Assembly (NCBI GenBank): GCA_041640575.1
Contig: JBEPZZ010000036.1
Location: forward strand, 1-16,302
Origin: Pseudothermotoga sp.
GTDB lineage: Bacteria; Thermotogota; Thermotogae; Thermotogales; DSM-5069
DNA length: 16,302 bases
Reading direction: 5' to 3'
This document shows, piece after piece, positions 7,170 to 16,302 of this stretch (positions are counted from its first letter, which is position 1; every line of letters starts with the position of its first letter). Below the pieces are notes generated by a model. The model saw only the letters and a list, made by a program, of their open reading frames with translations. It was not told where the DNA came from and did not search any database. The position numbers were made by a program, and so were the translations under genes.

Positions 7170-7715
7170 ATGTTGATTTCAAAAGCTAACTTTAGGTTAC
7201 TTAGTAAGATCTTTTTCACTTTCCTAAGGATTTCCTCACTAACTCTTGGCGGAGGATATGCAATGGTAGTTGTTATGCAATGGGAATCTAGAAAGTTAAA
7301 CTGGACCTCGGAAGATGAGTTTTACAAAAATCTATCCATAGCACAAGCAATACCAGGGCCTATTGCATTCAACACAGCAGTATTACTTGGAAAAAAAGTT
7401 GGGGGAACTTTAGGTTCGATCGCCGCAGGTTTGGGAGTGGTCCTTCCCCCATTTTTTGCAATAGTTGCAGTTGCTAGTATTCTAAAACCGCTTTTGCATT
7501 TAGTCTACGTCCAGGCCTTTCTAAAAGGTTGTTACGCGGCTGTCATTGCATTGGTTTTGAATGTTCTGTATGACCTGTTTAAAAAGCAAAAATGGGGGAT
7601 TTTCAATACATCGGTCCTAATTGTAGGAGTTCTTTTGCTACTTTACAAATCGGTGTTCTTAATACCTGTCTTTCTTGGAACAATCAGCTTGCTCTACTTG
7701 AGAGGTGTTAAATAA
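7170..7715 (+). CDS. chrA: Short-chain chromate transporter (CHR family), subunit 1
   Basis: LGGGYAM, AQAIPGPIAFN, LPPF motifs. ATG 7170 preceded by GGAGG (7160-7164), preferred over GTG 7098. Confidence 0.9.
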   Translation: MLISKANFRLLSKIFFTFLRISSLTLGGGYAMVVVMQWESRKLNWTSEDEFYKNLSIAQAIPGPIAFNTAVLLGKKVGGTLGSIAAGLGVVLPPFFAIVAVASILKPLLHLVYVQAFLKGCYAAVIALVLNVLYDLFKKQKWGIFNTSVLIVGVLLLLYKSVFLIPVFLGTISLLYLRGVK

Positions 7716-8239
7716 TGCTTTTAAAAATGATTTTGACGTTCCTAAAAGTTGGCTTTTTCGCTTTCGGTGGTGGTTGGGCAGTTGTTGGGTTGCTTCAAAG
7801 AGAGATGGTTCAAAATGGCATCTTGTCTTTGGAGGAGTTTACCCAAGCAGTCGCAATCGCTCAAGTGACACCTGGACCAGTTGCGATTAATCTTGCTACT
7901 TACACTGGTTACAAACATGCAGGACTATTGGGTGCTTTTCTGAACACATTTCTCTTTCTCCTTCCTCCAATTTTGATTGTCGCGGGGATAATGCTTCTGG
8001 CAGGTAAATTCTTTATTGACAAAGTGAGATGGACCGCTGCACTCATGGGGTTTACAACAACAATGGTTTTGGTTACTGCAATCAACTTGACTCTGCCACG
8101 ACTTTCTGACGTTTGGACTATTATCTTAGCAGCAGCTGCTTTTGTAAGTCTACGTAGGTTGAAAATTAGTCCTTTAATTTTGATCTTTGTAAGCGGGATT
8201 ATCGGAATCTTGATCTTTGGTTTTCTAAGATTTTCTTAA
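7715..8239 (+). CDS. chrA: Short-chain chromate transporter (CHR family), subunit 2
   Basis: FAFGGGW, AQVTPGPVAIN, LPP motifs. TAATG stop/start overlap and RBS GAGGTG. Confidence 0.92.
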   Translation: MLLKMILTFLKVGFFAFGGGWAVVGLLQREMVQNGILSLEEFTQAVAIAQVTPGPVAINLATYTGYKHAGLLGAFLNTFLFLLPPILIVAGIMLLAGKFFIDKVRWTAALMGFTTTMVLVTAINLTLPRLSDVWTIILAAAAFVSLRRLKISPLILIFVSGIIGILIFGFLRFS

Positions 8240-8282
8240 TCGAAAGGGTATATACTATATAGTAAAACAAGGGGGGATTTGA

Positions 8283-8801
8283 ATGAAGAAAGTTGCACTC
8301 ATACTCGTAATCTGTATAATCTTAGCGCTCAGAGTGTTCCCATACAAGTTTGAAACGAACCTTCTAGCCTTCAAATTTATTACCTTCAGAATAACATCCC
8401 AAGGTTCCACTTTTACATCTGGCATCGAAATAAAAGGATCAAAGGGAAATTATGAGGTAACGTACTGGGCAAAATTCAACGTTAACTCTGATCAAGTCTC
8501 GATCGTTGATATGGCAATTCCACCTAATTGGTGGACCTTTGCAGCGGCAAGTTTCGGATACGCTGGCTTGCTGGAACTGGCTGATCTTGATAGTCCAGTG
8601 CCATTAATTTTTGGAAGCACAAAGATAGTAGCTGAAGGTGAAGAAAAAGTTGGAAAATATAAGGGTAAAAAGTATGTCCTATACAGCGAGAATAAGCCAG
8701 TAATTTCATGGGTCATAGACAAGAAAATTCCATTTGCGTTGAAAATAACTCTCCTTGAAGAACAGATAATTATAGAGCTTGAAGATTTTCAGTTGCGCTA
8801 A
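8283..8801 (+). CDS. Hypothetical exported/membrane-anchored protein
   Basis: RBS GGGGGA, N-terminus [16 protein letters not shown], beta-strand-like body. No family recognised. Confidence 0.75.
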   Translation: MKKVALILVICIILALRVFPYKFETNLLAFKFITFRITSQGSTFTSGIEIKGSKGNYEVTYWAKFNVNSDQVSIVDMAIPPNWWTFAAASFGYAGLLELADLDSPVPLIFGSTKIVAEGEEKVGKYKGKKYVLYSENKPVISWVIDKKIPFALKITLLEEQIIIELEDFQLR

Positions 8802-10491
8802 TTGAATCCCAGAGTAATCGGATCTCTTGCTCGTTTTCTTTAAATATCTTCAAAATAGCTGGGTTAAAATGGGAAGGTTTTGTATATCCATCTCCATTTA
8901 GTATCACTTCCACAGCCTTCTCATGAGTATACGCAGGTTTGTATGGTCTTTCTGATCTTAAGGCATCATATACGTCGACTAAACTGACGATTTGAGCTTC
9001 TATTGGTATTTGATCGCCTTTTAAACCTTCTGGATACCCTGTACCGTCGTATTTTTCATGATGATAAAGAGCAATATTTCGTGCGACCGTCAATCTCTCA
9101 GGACCTGCCAACAGTTCAGCACCAAATGTAGTGTGTTTCTTAACAAGTTCCCATTCTTCAGCGGTTAACTTTGAAGGTTTATTTAAAATTGACTTTGGAA
9201 TTCTTATCTTCCCTATATCATGCAGCGCTGAAAATTTTTCTATATCTGCCACCAGATTCTTATCAAGTCCAAGCTTAATTGCAAAGTATTTCGATAAGCC
9301 TTGGACTCTCTTGATATGATTTCCAGTGTATGCATCAAAACTTTCCACTATCGTAGCCATTCTAAAAGCAAAAAGCTGATATATTTCCTCAATTTCGTGT
9401 GATTTTCTTTCCAACTCTTGGTAAGATCTTTCCAACTCATCATTCGTTGACCTTAACTCTTCGGTAGTTGCTTCTATCACACTCATCATGTCGCCAAATT
9501 CATCAATTAGATGGTTAATTTCAGCAATCTTTGAACTGGATTCAGTAAGATCAAAATTTTGGTCCTGAAGGTACAGCTTCATTTGCCTTATAAGGTTTTG
9601 CAGTGGTTTTTCGAAATCATTGATTATTCTGCTTCTCATCAGCCTAATAGAAAGAAGAAGACCTAAAAAAACTGATAAAAACATAGTCGATCCTACTAAC
9701 GAAGGAGTGACTATCAAATTAGTCAACGGTATTTCCTTAACTACAAAGGTGTTCATTATACTTCTTTTTGCAAGAACATAAGTCCAACCATGAAGCTTGG
9801 AATAACCATCGCTGACCAGATTGATTGAGGGTTGAAATAATAATTTCGCATTCTCACCAGCAAACAAAATTTCGCCGGAAGAATTCAAAATGTATGTATT
9901 TGGCAGAACAATCGCACCAAAGATTTTCGAGGTAAGTATATCCATACCAACTACACCAAATATATGTCCCGAATCATCAAAAATTGCTTTGGAAATAACT
10001 ACTGTTCTTTCTTTCAAGATTGCATGCTCAAAGGGTGGTGACATTACAAAAGTGTATGGATTTTCCAAAGCAGCTTTGTACCAAGGTCTTTGCCTTGGAT
10101 CGTAATCTGGAGGAAATTCGTACGTTGGATAGATAAACATTTCGCCATCCTCTGTCCCAATAAATGCATGTGTTATTTGTGTGCTGCCAAGGTTGGTAAG
10201 TTCGGAAATTACCCGCTTTATTCCGTTTTCTCCAGAATGAATCAATGCACGTTTAGAAGTCAAGGAAACAAGCGCACCAAAATTTTCAACGAGGTTAGAC
10301 CAGTGCAGCTCAGTAACCCTCAGTGATTCTGTTTCCTGAGCAACTTTTGCTTTGAACTGGAAATGAGAAAATACAACCGAAAAGGCTACTGCAAAGATCA
10401 AAGAAACTAGTAATATGTTTTTACTAAGCAATTTGTTCAAATACTTTGTGAAACTCAAATACCTTGAAATTCTACCCATCTCCTTCTTCAA
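8770..10491 (-). CDS. Membrane sensor HD-GYP cyclic-dinucleotide phosphodiesterase with extracytoplasmic dCache domain
   Basis: TM, Cache (YDPRQRPWY...GVVGMD), TM, coiled coil, then HD-GYP ([39 protein letters not shown]). Start codon uncertain. Confidence 0.93.
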   Translation of the reverse strand: MKKEMGRISRYLSFTKYLNKLLSKNILLVSLIFAVAFSVVFSHFQFKAKVAQETESLRVTELHWSNLVENFGALVSLTSKRALIHSGENGIKRVISELTNLGSTQITHAFIGTEDGEMFIYPTYEFPPDYDPRQRPWYKAALENPYTFVMSPPFEHAILKERTVVISKAIFDDSGHIFGVVGMDILTSKIFGAIVLPNTYILNSSGEILFAGENAKLLFQPSINLVSDGYSKLHGWTYVLAKRSIMNTFVVKEIPLTNLIVTPSLVGSTMFLSVFLGLLLSIRLMRSRIINDFEKPLQNLIRQMKLYLQDQNFDLTESSSKIAEINHLIDEFGDMMSVIEATTEELRSTNDELERSYQELERKSHEIEEIYQLFAFRMATIVESFDAYTGNHIKRVQGLSKYFAIKLGLDKNLVADIEKFSALHDIGKIRIPKSILNKPSKLTAEEWELVKKHTTFGAELLAGPERLTVARNIALYHHEKYDGTGYPEGLKGDQIPIEAQIVSLVDVYDALRSERPYKPAYTHEKAVEVILNGDGYTKPSHFNPAILKIFKENEQEIRLLWDSISATENLQAL

Positions 10492-10507
10492 TATACCGTC
10501 TTTAAGA

Positions 10508-10537
10508 ATAATGAGAGGCTTTTTAGCCTCTCATTAT
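10508..10537 (-). terminator. Perfect 13-bp hairpin overlapping the encapsulin stop (terminator or 3' stabiliser)
   Basis: ATAATGAGAGGCT-TTTT-AGCCTCTCATTAT. Only a weak U tract follows on the minus strand. Confidence 0.6.
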
Positions 10538-11308
10538 GCAGAATGCAGATGGAACATTAACAAGTAAAGCCAAACTCTCAGAAATTGAGAATTCAAGTAG
10601 CTCATCCTTTGGCCCTATAAAGCCTATAGACATATCCTGACCAATTATGAGTGAAGCATAACTTGGAGAGTCACTGAAAACAATAGCTTCATTTCTCAAA
10701 TTAGGAGCCTTCACTATGCTTTTCACGAAGGTTTTAATGTGTTCATACTCGGTTTGGTTTCCACTTTCATATCTTCTGAAAAGCAAATTGTAGCGATTTG
10801 GTGGTAGTGCCACTATGTAAGGCCCATAGAAACCAGCTTCGTCCAAAGCATTTATAGCTTTGATCAAATCCTCCACAGCTTGACCAACTTTCTTCCATTC
10901 ACTCATCTGGCAACTTAAAGTACCTGGCATGCTGAGTAAACCTGAGGAATTGATACCTTCAAAAACAATTTTGTCCTCAACTTTACAACATTCTCGGACA
11001 ACCTCAATGAATTTGCTTAAATCAAGGGCAACACCATCTTTCTCGTAACTTGCAAGATCTCTAGTAGAGAGTGAAAAAGTTTTGTGAATAAAGAACAACG
11101 GCAAAGTTTTTGAGAGAAAAATCCCATCTGATAGTTTCTCATCGCTCAAAGATATTTGTTTTACCCCAAAACCAAGCGGGCCCTTAATTGGAAGAATCTT
11201 TCTAGCTGAAAGATTGGCTTTTGCCACTTCAATCATGGTTTGATTGAGAAGCTGCCATACCTCTGGCCCAACAGGTGCATCTTCTTGCAGAAGGTACTTG
11301 TTTGCCAT
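10523..11308 (-). CDS. Family 1 encapsulin nanocompartment shell protein (linocin M18-like)
   Basis: [56 protein letters not shown] 11308 follows RBS AAGGTG just after the cargo stop (GTG 11317 is the alternative). Confidence 0.95.
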   Translation of the reverse strand: MANKYLLQEDAPVGPEVWQLLNQTMIEVAKANLSARKILPIKGPLGFGVKQISLSDEKLSDGIFLSKTLPLFFIHKTFSLSTRDLASYEKDGVALDLSKFIEVVRECCKVEDKIVFEGINSSGLLSMPGTLSCQMSEWKKVGQAVEDLIKAINALDEAGFYGPYIVALPPNRYNLLFRRYESGNQTEYEHIKTFVKSIVKAPNLRNEAIVFSDSPSYASLIIGQDMSIGFIGPKDELLEFSISESLALLVNVPSAFCIMRG

Positions 11309-11309
11309 T

Positions 11310-11651
11310 TCATTCACCTTCCCTCAGTGAACCAATCGTTGGTTCTTCATCAGATCCACCTTTCATTAGATCCTCAACTTCTTTTGCCCCTTCCTCGATG
11401 TACTTTGCCTCATCTTTTGTAAGTATTTCAAGTAGCTTCAAAAATTCTCCAGCATGCACTCTCTCTTCGTTGGCAATATCAATAAGCACTTTTTTCGCAA
11501 GAGGATGATCGGTTGCATCTGCATGAGCCATGTAAAGATGAACGGCCTCTTCTTCAGCAGCAAGGTTTAAACGAATAGCCCTTATCAACTCTTCAAGTGT
11601 TAATTTTCTCTCTGGAACTTTACCACTAAATGGGTTGAGAAATTCCGGCAT
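11310..11651 (-). CDS. Encapsulin cargo ferritin-like protein (Flp/EncC-like) with C-terminal cargo-loading peptide
   Basis: AIRLNLAAEEEAVHLY...EERVHAGEF ferroxidase motif. C-terminal PTIGSLR resembles the LTVGSL targeting peptide. Start ATG 11651 after RBS GAGGTG (the ORF-track start at 11780 lies inside glmS). Confidence 0.93.
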   Translation of the reverse strand: MPEFLNPFSGKVPERKLTLEELIRAIRLNLAAEEEAVHLYMAHADATDHPLAKKVLIDIANEERVHAGEFLKLLEILTKDEAKYIEEGAKEVEDLMKGGSDEEPTIGSLREGE

Positions 11652-11669
11652 TATCATCACCTCTTTGAA

Positions 11670-11678
11670 ATTATACCA
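11670..11678 (-). promoter_or_regulatory. Extended -10 promoter for cargo-encapsulin operon
   Basis: Minus strand TGGTATAAT (TGn + perfect TATAAT) between the glmS stop and the cargo RBS. No good -35. Confidence 0.55.
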
Positions 11679-11682
11679 AAAA

Positions 11683-13479
11683 TTAATCAACTGTGATTGT
11701 CTTTGAAAGATTTCTTGGCAAATCTGGATCGTTCCCCAATCTGACTGCCAAGTGGTATGCGAACAGTTGTAATGGGACAACAGCTAAGAATGGTGACAAA
11801 TACCAAGGACTATCTGGATATTCCACAAACTTTTGAGCATTTGCAGAGATCTCGTCAGATTTGTTGCTTACTGCAATTGCTAACCCATTTCTGCATGTTA
11901 CCTCATTTATATGTGAGATGATCATTCCAGCTTGACTACTATGCGTGATGAAGAAAACAGGATAATTGTCTTTGACAATTGAGAGCGGCCCATGTTTAAA
12001 CTCTGATGAGTACAAACCCTCAACATGGTTGTAAACGACTTCCTTTATCTTGAGAGCACCTTCAAGAGCTATCGGATGAGTTATCCCGTAGCCAAGCATG
12101 TAAGAATCCGAGAAATCTATGCTACTGTCGATTAATTCCTTAACTTGCGGTTCCGTAACTTCAATTGATTTCTTCACAAGTTCTGGGATGATTTTTGTTG
12201 CCTTCAAATAAGTATCGTCAAAGCTCATTTTCGCGGCAAGATAGTAGAATATTGCAAGCTGATTCATAAAGGTCTTAGTCGCAGGTACAGAAATTTCTAA
12301 TTCACAACAAAGCGGTATGTTGAGCATACTTCTCATCATAACAGTTGAGCCCATGACATTGACAACAGAAAGTACAGTTGTTCGTGATTCAATATGGTTC
12401 AAGACGTTTATTACATCCTTTGTTTCACCACTCTGGGAGATTAGAATGACAACATCTTCCTTTTTCAAACAATCCCCATAATTCTCTATGAATCTTCCAG
12501 CCTCACATGCAAAGGCAGCTTTCCTAGCTATTTTATTGAAAAAATAGCTTCCAACAAGTGCAGCATGGTAAGAACTTCCAGATCCCACCAAATAGATATT
12601 CTTTGCACTGTTTAGAATGTTGACATACCTTGCTATGTCCATGTAATACTTCAAAAACTCAAAAAGAGCAGACAACCTTTCCGGTTGTTCATTTATCTCT
12701 TTTATCATGAAATGATCGTAACCAAGTTTTGAAGCAGCTTCGGTGGAGATATCCATCATTTGAGGCTCACGTACTATTATTTCACCACTTTCAAGACTTT
12801 TGATAGAAAAGCTATCATACGTAAATTCAACGTATTCGCCATCTTTGAGTGGTACTATCCTTCTTGTAAGAGGTATCAAAGAAGGCAGATCTGATGAAGC
12901 ACAAACAAAGCCATCACCTACACCGAGATACAATGAAGAACCTCTCTTGATACAGTACATCTTATCATCGTCGACTCTTGCAATGACGCACGCAAAATCT
13001 CCCTTCAAAACCTTATTAGCCTCCAAAATAGCTTTGTTCATATCTTTGAAACGGTCGTAAAACTTTTCAATTGCATGTACCACTATTTCCCCATCGTTTT
13101 CACTTCGAATAGTGTGGCCTTCTTTGAGGAATGTATCCCTAAGTTGAACTGTATTAACTATGTTCCCATTGTGTGCTCCAATCATGTCTTTATCGCAGTC
13201 ATAGTGAGGTTGAGCATTTCTCTGCGATGGCATTCCAAACGTCGCCCATCGCAATTGAGCAATTCCCTTGAAACCAGAAAGTTCTGCGAAATTCAACCTT
13301 TCAGCAACTTCATCAACAATACCAACATCCTTTCGTAGATCAGTACTCATGTCACCTCTTATTACTGCGACTCCCACAGAGTCGTACCCTCTATAGACCA
13401 GCCTCTTTGCCGCTTGAGTTAATGTTATGCCAAGATCATCTTTATCCTCTGAATACACAATTCCGAAGACTCCACACAC
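11683..13479 (-). CDS. glmS: Glutamine--fructose-6-phosphate aminotransferase-like protein (divergent GlmS)
   Basis: GTG start gives MCGVFG (Ntn catalytic Cys at position 2) after RBS GGAGGG. YRGYDS, RWAT, HNG, SQSGET, ALEGALKIKE, KHGP, PRNLSKTITVD. Many non-canonical substitutions. Confidence 0.88.
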   Translation of the reverse strand: MCGVFGIVYSEDKDDLGITLTQAAKRLVYRGYDSVGVAVIRGDMSTDLRKDVGIVDEVAERLNFAELSGFKGIAQLRWATFGMPSQRNAQPHYDCDKDMIGAHNGNIVNTVQLRDTFLKEGHTIRSENDGEIVVHAIEKFYDRFKDMNKAILEANKVLKGDFACVIARVDDDKMYCIKRGSSLYLGVGDGFVCASSDLPSLIPLTRRIVPLKDGEYVEFTYDSFSIKSLESGEIIVREPQMMDISTEAASKLGYDHFMIKEINEQPERLSALFEFLKYYMDIARYVNILNSAKNIYLVGSGSSYHAALVGSYFFNKIARKAAFACEAGRFIENYGDCLKKEDVVILISQSGETKDVINVLNHIESRTTVLSVVNVMGSTVMMRSMLNIPLCCELEISVPATKTFMNQLAIFYYLAAKMSFDDTYLKATKIIPELVKKSIEVTEPQVKELIDSSIDFSDSYMLGYGITHPIALEGALKIKEVVYNHVEGLYSSEFKHGPLSIVKDNYPVFFITHSSQAGMIISHINEVTCRNGLAIAVSNKSDEISANAQKFVEYPDSPWYLSPFLAVVPLQLFAYHLAVRLGNDPDLPRNLSKTITVD

Positions 13480-13512
13480 TATGTATCCCTCCAGTATATT
13501 TGCTCTTCTTAT

Positions 13513-13520
13513 AGTATACT
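13513..13520. promoter_or_regulatory. Palindromic -10 element; possible bidirectional promoter
   Basis: AGTATACT reads TATACT on both strands in the 68-nt gap between the divergent glmS-like and dehydratase genes. Confidence 0.4.
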
Positions 13521-13547
13521 TTTTTGTTGGTAAACGAGGAGGAAAAC

Positions 13548-14795
13548 ATGAGTAAGAAAAGTGTGGCTTTTGGAAAATTTCTCCGAAAATACCTTGACAA
13601 ACCATCAAAGGCATCAAAAATTCTCAAGATCGGTTTATCTGTAGAGCATTCTAGAAGAAAGCTTGTTGCATCAACAAAAAATGATTTTTTGAGCTGGATG
13701 GATTATTGCGCTCTGGAAGCGGTGCAGAAAGCCGTTAGAGGTAGAGATGTTGCTTGGGCAAATTTATTCTTTCCTGTAGAATTACTGATGGCTTTCGATT
13801 TACATCCAGTTTCAGCTGAAGGCCTCGCCGGAACCTTTGCTTCCATGCTGATAGAAGATACCGCGATTGCCAAAGCTGAATCTTACGGTATCTCACGTAA
13901 CATGTGCACCTTCCATCGTGCAAGTCTTGGCATTAGCATTTTGAAAATCTTTCCAAAACCATTATTTGTGGCAACCACAAATGTTTTGTGCGACGGCAAT
14001 ATCCCAACGTTTTATACCCACTCAAAACTTCATAACGTTGATTTCTTTCTCTTGGATGTACCAAGACAAGATACTGCTTCAAACAAAGAGTACATTTTAA
14101 GGCAGCTTGAGAGCATAGTCGTTGAGATAGAAAGGATCCTAAAAAAGCGTTTCCAACTGAAAAAACTTGCACAAATACTTCAAATAGAAAGAGAAGCACA
14201 TGATATACTAAGGGAAATGTACCCAAGACTTTGTGAAGAACCAATAGCGATGAAACTATATCAGCACGTGAATGTTTTATATTCACTTCATATTAACCCA
14301 AGTATCGCTATTTTGAAAGCAGCAAAATCCTTACTGAGGGATTATCCCAAGTACAAAAACTCAAAGAAAAGACTTTTATGGTTATACCTTACACCTTATT
14401 ATGACAATGAACTTTACGAGCTCTTTTCAGAGGATTTTGAATTTGTTATCGCAACGAGTGAACTTGAATGGGATTGGCTGGAGTGGAAAATCGATACACA
14501 GAGGCCCTTGGAAACTCTTGCTGATAAATTGTTGAAAAATTATGAAACAGGATCGCTGGAGAAAAGGATACAGCTGATTAAGAAATTAGTTTTAGATTTC
14601 AAAGTTGATGGCGTGATACAATTCAACCACTGGGGATGCAAACAGTCTTCTGGTTCTGTCTTTCTAATAAAAGACGAGCTTGAGAAATTAAACGTACCTT
14701 TTCTTCCACTCGATGGAGATTGCGTTGATCATACTAACCAATCTGCTGCACAGTATAAGACAAGAGTTGGAGCGTTTATGGAGATGATTCTGTGA
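13548..14795 (+). CDS. 2-hydroxyacyl-CoA dehydratase family subunit (HGD-D; HgdA/FldB-like)
   Basis: FPVELLMAF, NMCTFH, LCDG, WGCKQ, LDGDCVD, KTRVGAFMEM. ATG 13548 after RBS AGGAGG. Confidence 0.9.
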   Translation: MSKKSVAFGKFLRKYLDKPSKASKILKIGLSVEHSRRKLVASTKNDFLSWMDYCALEAVQKAVRGRDVAWANLFFPVELLMAFDLHPVSAEGLAGTFASMLIEDTAIAKAESYGISRNMCTFHRASLGISILKIFPKPLFVATTNVLCDGNIPTFYTHSKLHNVDFFLLDVPRQDTASNKEYILRQLESIVVEIERILKKRFQLKKLAQILQIEREAHDILREMYPRLCEEPIAMKLYQHVNVLYSLHINPSIAILKAAKSLLRDYPKYKNSKKRLLWLYLTPYYDNELYELFSEDFEFVIATSELEWDWLEWKIDTQRPLETLADKLLKNYETGSLEKRIQLIKKLVLDFKVDGVIQFNHWGCKQSSGSVFLIKDELEKLNVPFLPLDGDCVDHTNQSAAQYKTRVGAFMEMIL

Positions 14796-16302
14796 TAATT
14801 TACAATTGCCCACGAGTGCCATTCGAATTCTTTAAAGCCCTAGAAATTCCATACCGAAGGGTTGAGATTAAAGGCTGCGAGTTCGAAGGTTTTCACCCGA
14901 ATGTTTGCTCTTTTTGCAAGAGAACTGTTGTTGATTTGACAAAAAATGCCATCCTTTTTTGGGTTGATTCCTGTGATTCTATGAGGCGTTCCGCAGATTT
15001 TCTCAAAAGAACCAATAAAGTCTTTGAGCTTCACTTGCCGACGGTTGTGAATCAGCACAGCAAAAAGAAGCTGAAGGAAGATCTTGAAAGAATATGGTGT
15101 GAACTACAGACGTTCTTCGGAAAGAAAGTAACTACTCAGAAACTTCTCGAGGTTCAAGAAAAGTTCCAGGCAGATTTAAAAAGGCTCGAAAACGCAGTCT
15201 ATAGCTTTGAATTCGAAATGGCAAAGGTTCTCTACGAAGAACTGACTGCTAATCGATGGGTTGGCACAACTGAAAAAAGTGGCAAACTATTGATAATCGT
15301 TGGAGCTCCAATAGATGAGAATTTTGTTCAATCTGTTGAACAAGCCGGTGGATTCGCGATAAACGCAACTTGTTCTGGGCCTTTTGCAATGTTTTCGGAG
15401 CTTGTAAACACATCAGATCCTTTTGAAAATGCAGCTCATAGGTTGCTCAACCAGCGACTTTTTTGCGCAAGATCCGCTCAAGAAAGAAAGTTAGATTGGA
15501 TTTTTAAAAAGTTTGGATCTAGCACAGCTGTTCTTCACACGGTAAAGTTTTGTGATTTCTATTCCTTCGATGAGTCGCAGTTGCGTGCCATGGGAATAAA
15601 GTTTGTAGCTATCGAAAATGATCTTTCGAAACCTTCACATCAAGTTAAAACAAGATTGGAGGCTTTGCTTGAAATGGACGAAAAAATTGTTCAAACAAAG
15701 AAACCAACACAAGCCAAGTACTTCATAGGTATTGATAGCGGTTCTACGACAACAAAGATCGCTGTGATCGATAAGCAAGAAAACATACTTTACAAGCGTG
15801 TGGTGAAAACAGGGCCTTACCCGGTTAAAACAGCTCGTGAACTATTTCAAGCAGCAATAAGTGAGCTACGGATTTCTGAAGACGATGTTTTTGTTGTCTC
15901 GACTGGATATGGGAGATCGATGATAGATTTTGCAAATTTGCAGATTACCGAGATAACTTGTCATGCCAGGGGAATCCAACAAATTTTTCCAGAAGCGAAA
16001 ACGATAATAGACATCGGTGGGCAAGACAGTAAGGTTATCAAGCTGAACGGTAAAGATGTCAAGGATTTCGTGATGAACGATAAATGTGCAGCTGGCACTG
16101 GAAGATTTCTTGAAGTTATGGCTAACGTTCTAGATACACCAATTGAAAAGATAGGTGAGCTCTCTTTACTTTCAAAGCAAGAACTGGCAATAAGCAGTGT
16201 CTGTACAGTCTTTGCGGAAAGTGAAGTCATTTCGCTAAGATCATCAGGTCACAGTATCGAAGATATTTTGAACGCTGTGCACATGTCAATAGCTCGAAGG
16301 TT
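14792..16302 (+). CDS. Fusion of 2-hydroxyacyl-CoA dehydratase subunit and ATP-dependent activator (HgdC/BadF-BadG-BcrA-BcrD type), 3'-truncated by window edge
   Basis: Manual translation from GTG 14792 (GTGA overlap) is open to the window end: MIIYNCPRVPFE, HPNVCSFC, DSCDSMRR, KFCDFY, KTRLEALLE, then from 15719 YFIGIDSGSTTTK, TGYGR, EITCHARG, IDIGGQDSK, MNDKCAAGTGRFLE, SSVCTVFAESEVIS. Confidence 0.92.
   Translation, partial: MIIYNCPRVPFEFFKALEIPYRRVEIKGCEFEGFHPNVCSFCKRTVVDLTKNAILFWVDSCDSMRRSADFLKRTNKVFELHLPTVVNQHSKKKLKEDLERIWCELQTFFGKKVTTQKLLEVQEKFQADLKRLENAVYSFEFEMAKVLYEELTANRWVGTTEKSGKLLIIVGAPIDENFVQSVEQAGGFAINATCSGPFAMFSELVNTSDPFENAAHRLLNQRLFCARSAQERKLDWIFKKFGSSTAVLHTVKFCDFYSFDESQLRAMGIKFVAIENDLSKPSHQVKTRLEALLEMDEKIVQTKKPTQAKYFIGIDSGSTTTKIAVIDKQENILYKRVVKTGPYPVKTARELFQAAISELRISEDDVFVVSTGYGRSMIDFANLQITEITCHARGIQQIFPEAKTIIDIGGQDSKVIKLNGKDVKDFVMNDKCAAGTGRFLEVMANVLDTPIEKIGELSLLSKQELAISSVCTVFAESEVISLRSSGHSIEDILNAVHMSIARR

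Noticed and set aside
13480..13547. glmS ribozyme upstream of the glmS-like gene
   Set aside because: Only 68 nt of intergenic space and no recognisable core.
13480..13617. ORF-track N-terminal extensions of glmS (13617) and dehydratase (13524), also cargo (11780) and chrA (7098)
   Set aside because: They overlap neighbouring genes or lack an RBS; downstream starts have strong RBSs, and GlmS requires Cys at position 2.
187..16230. Short antisense or out-of-frame ORFs in the track (e.g. 549-734, 2785-3180, 6220-6627, 13933-14286, 15961-16230)
   Set aside because: Shadows of well-supported genes, without RBS or recognisable motifs.

Overview
AT-rich bacterial chromosomal window. Gene content and GGAGGTG-type RBSs suggest an anaerobic thermophile, possibly Thermotogota (inference). 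Left part (1-4.5 kb): partial GGDEF diguanylate cyclase, bacteriohemerythrin and EAL phosphodiesterase, separated by three unusually long spacers. By manual alignment, the spacers hold three diverged copies of a ~400-450 nt non-coding element (two direct, one inverted). The copies share hairpins with compensatory/G-U-consistent changes, making this a candidate structured ncRNA family and the main finding. Middle: class II aldolase, secreted metallophosphoesterase, proC, a candidate anti-Shine-Dalgarno sRNA with its own terminator, a short-chain chromate transporter pair and a hypothetical exported protein. Right part: a minus-strand run of divergent glmS-like gene, ferritin-like cargo, family 1 encapsulin and Cache/HD-GYP phosphodiesterase. 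Divergent from it are a 2-hydroxyacyl-CoA dehydratase subunit and a dehydratase-activator fusion that runs off the window and is absent from the ORF track. No tRNA, rRNA, CRISPR array or transposase was seen. All alignments and folds were done by eye.
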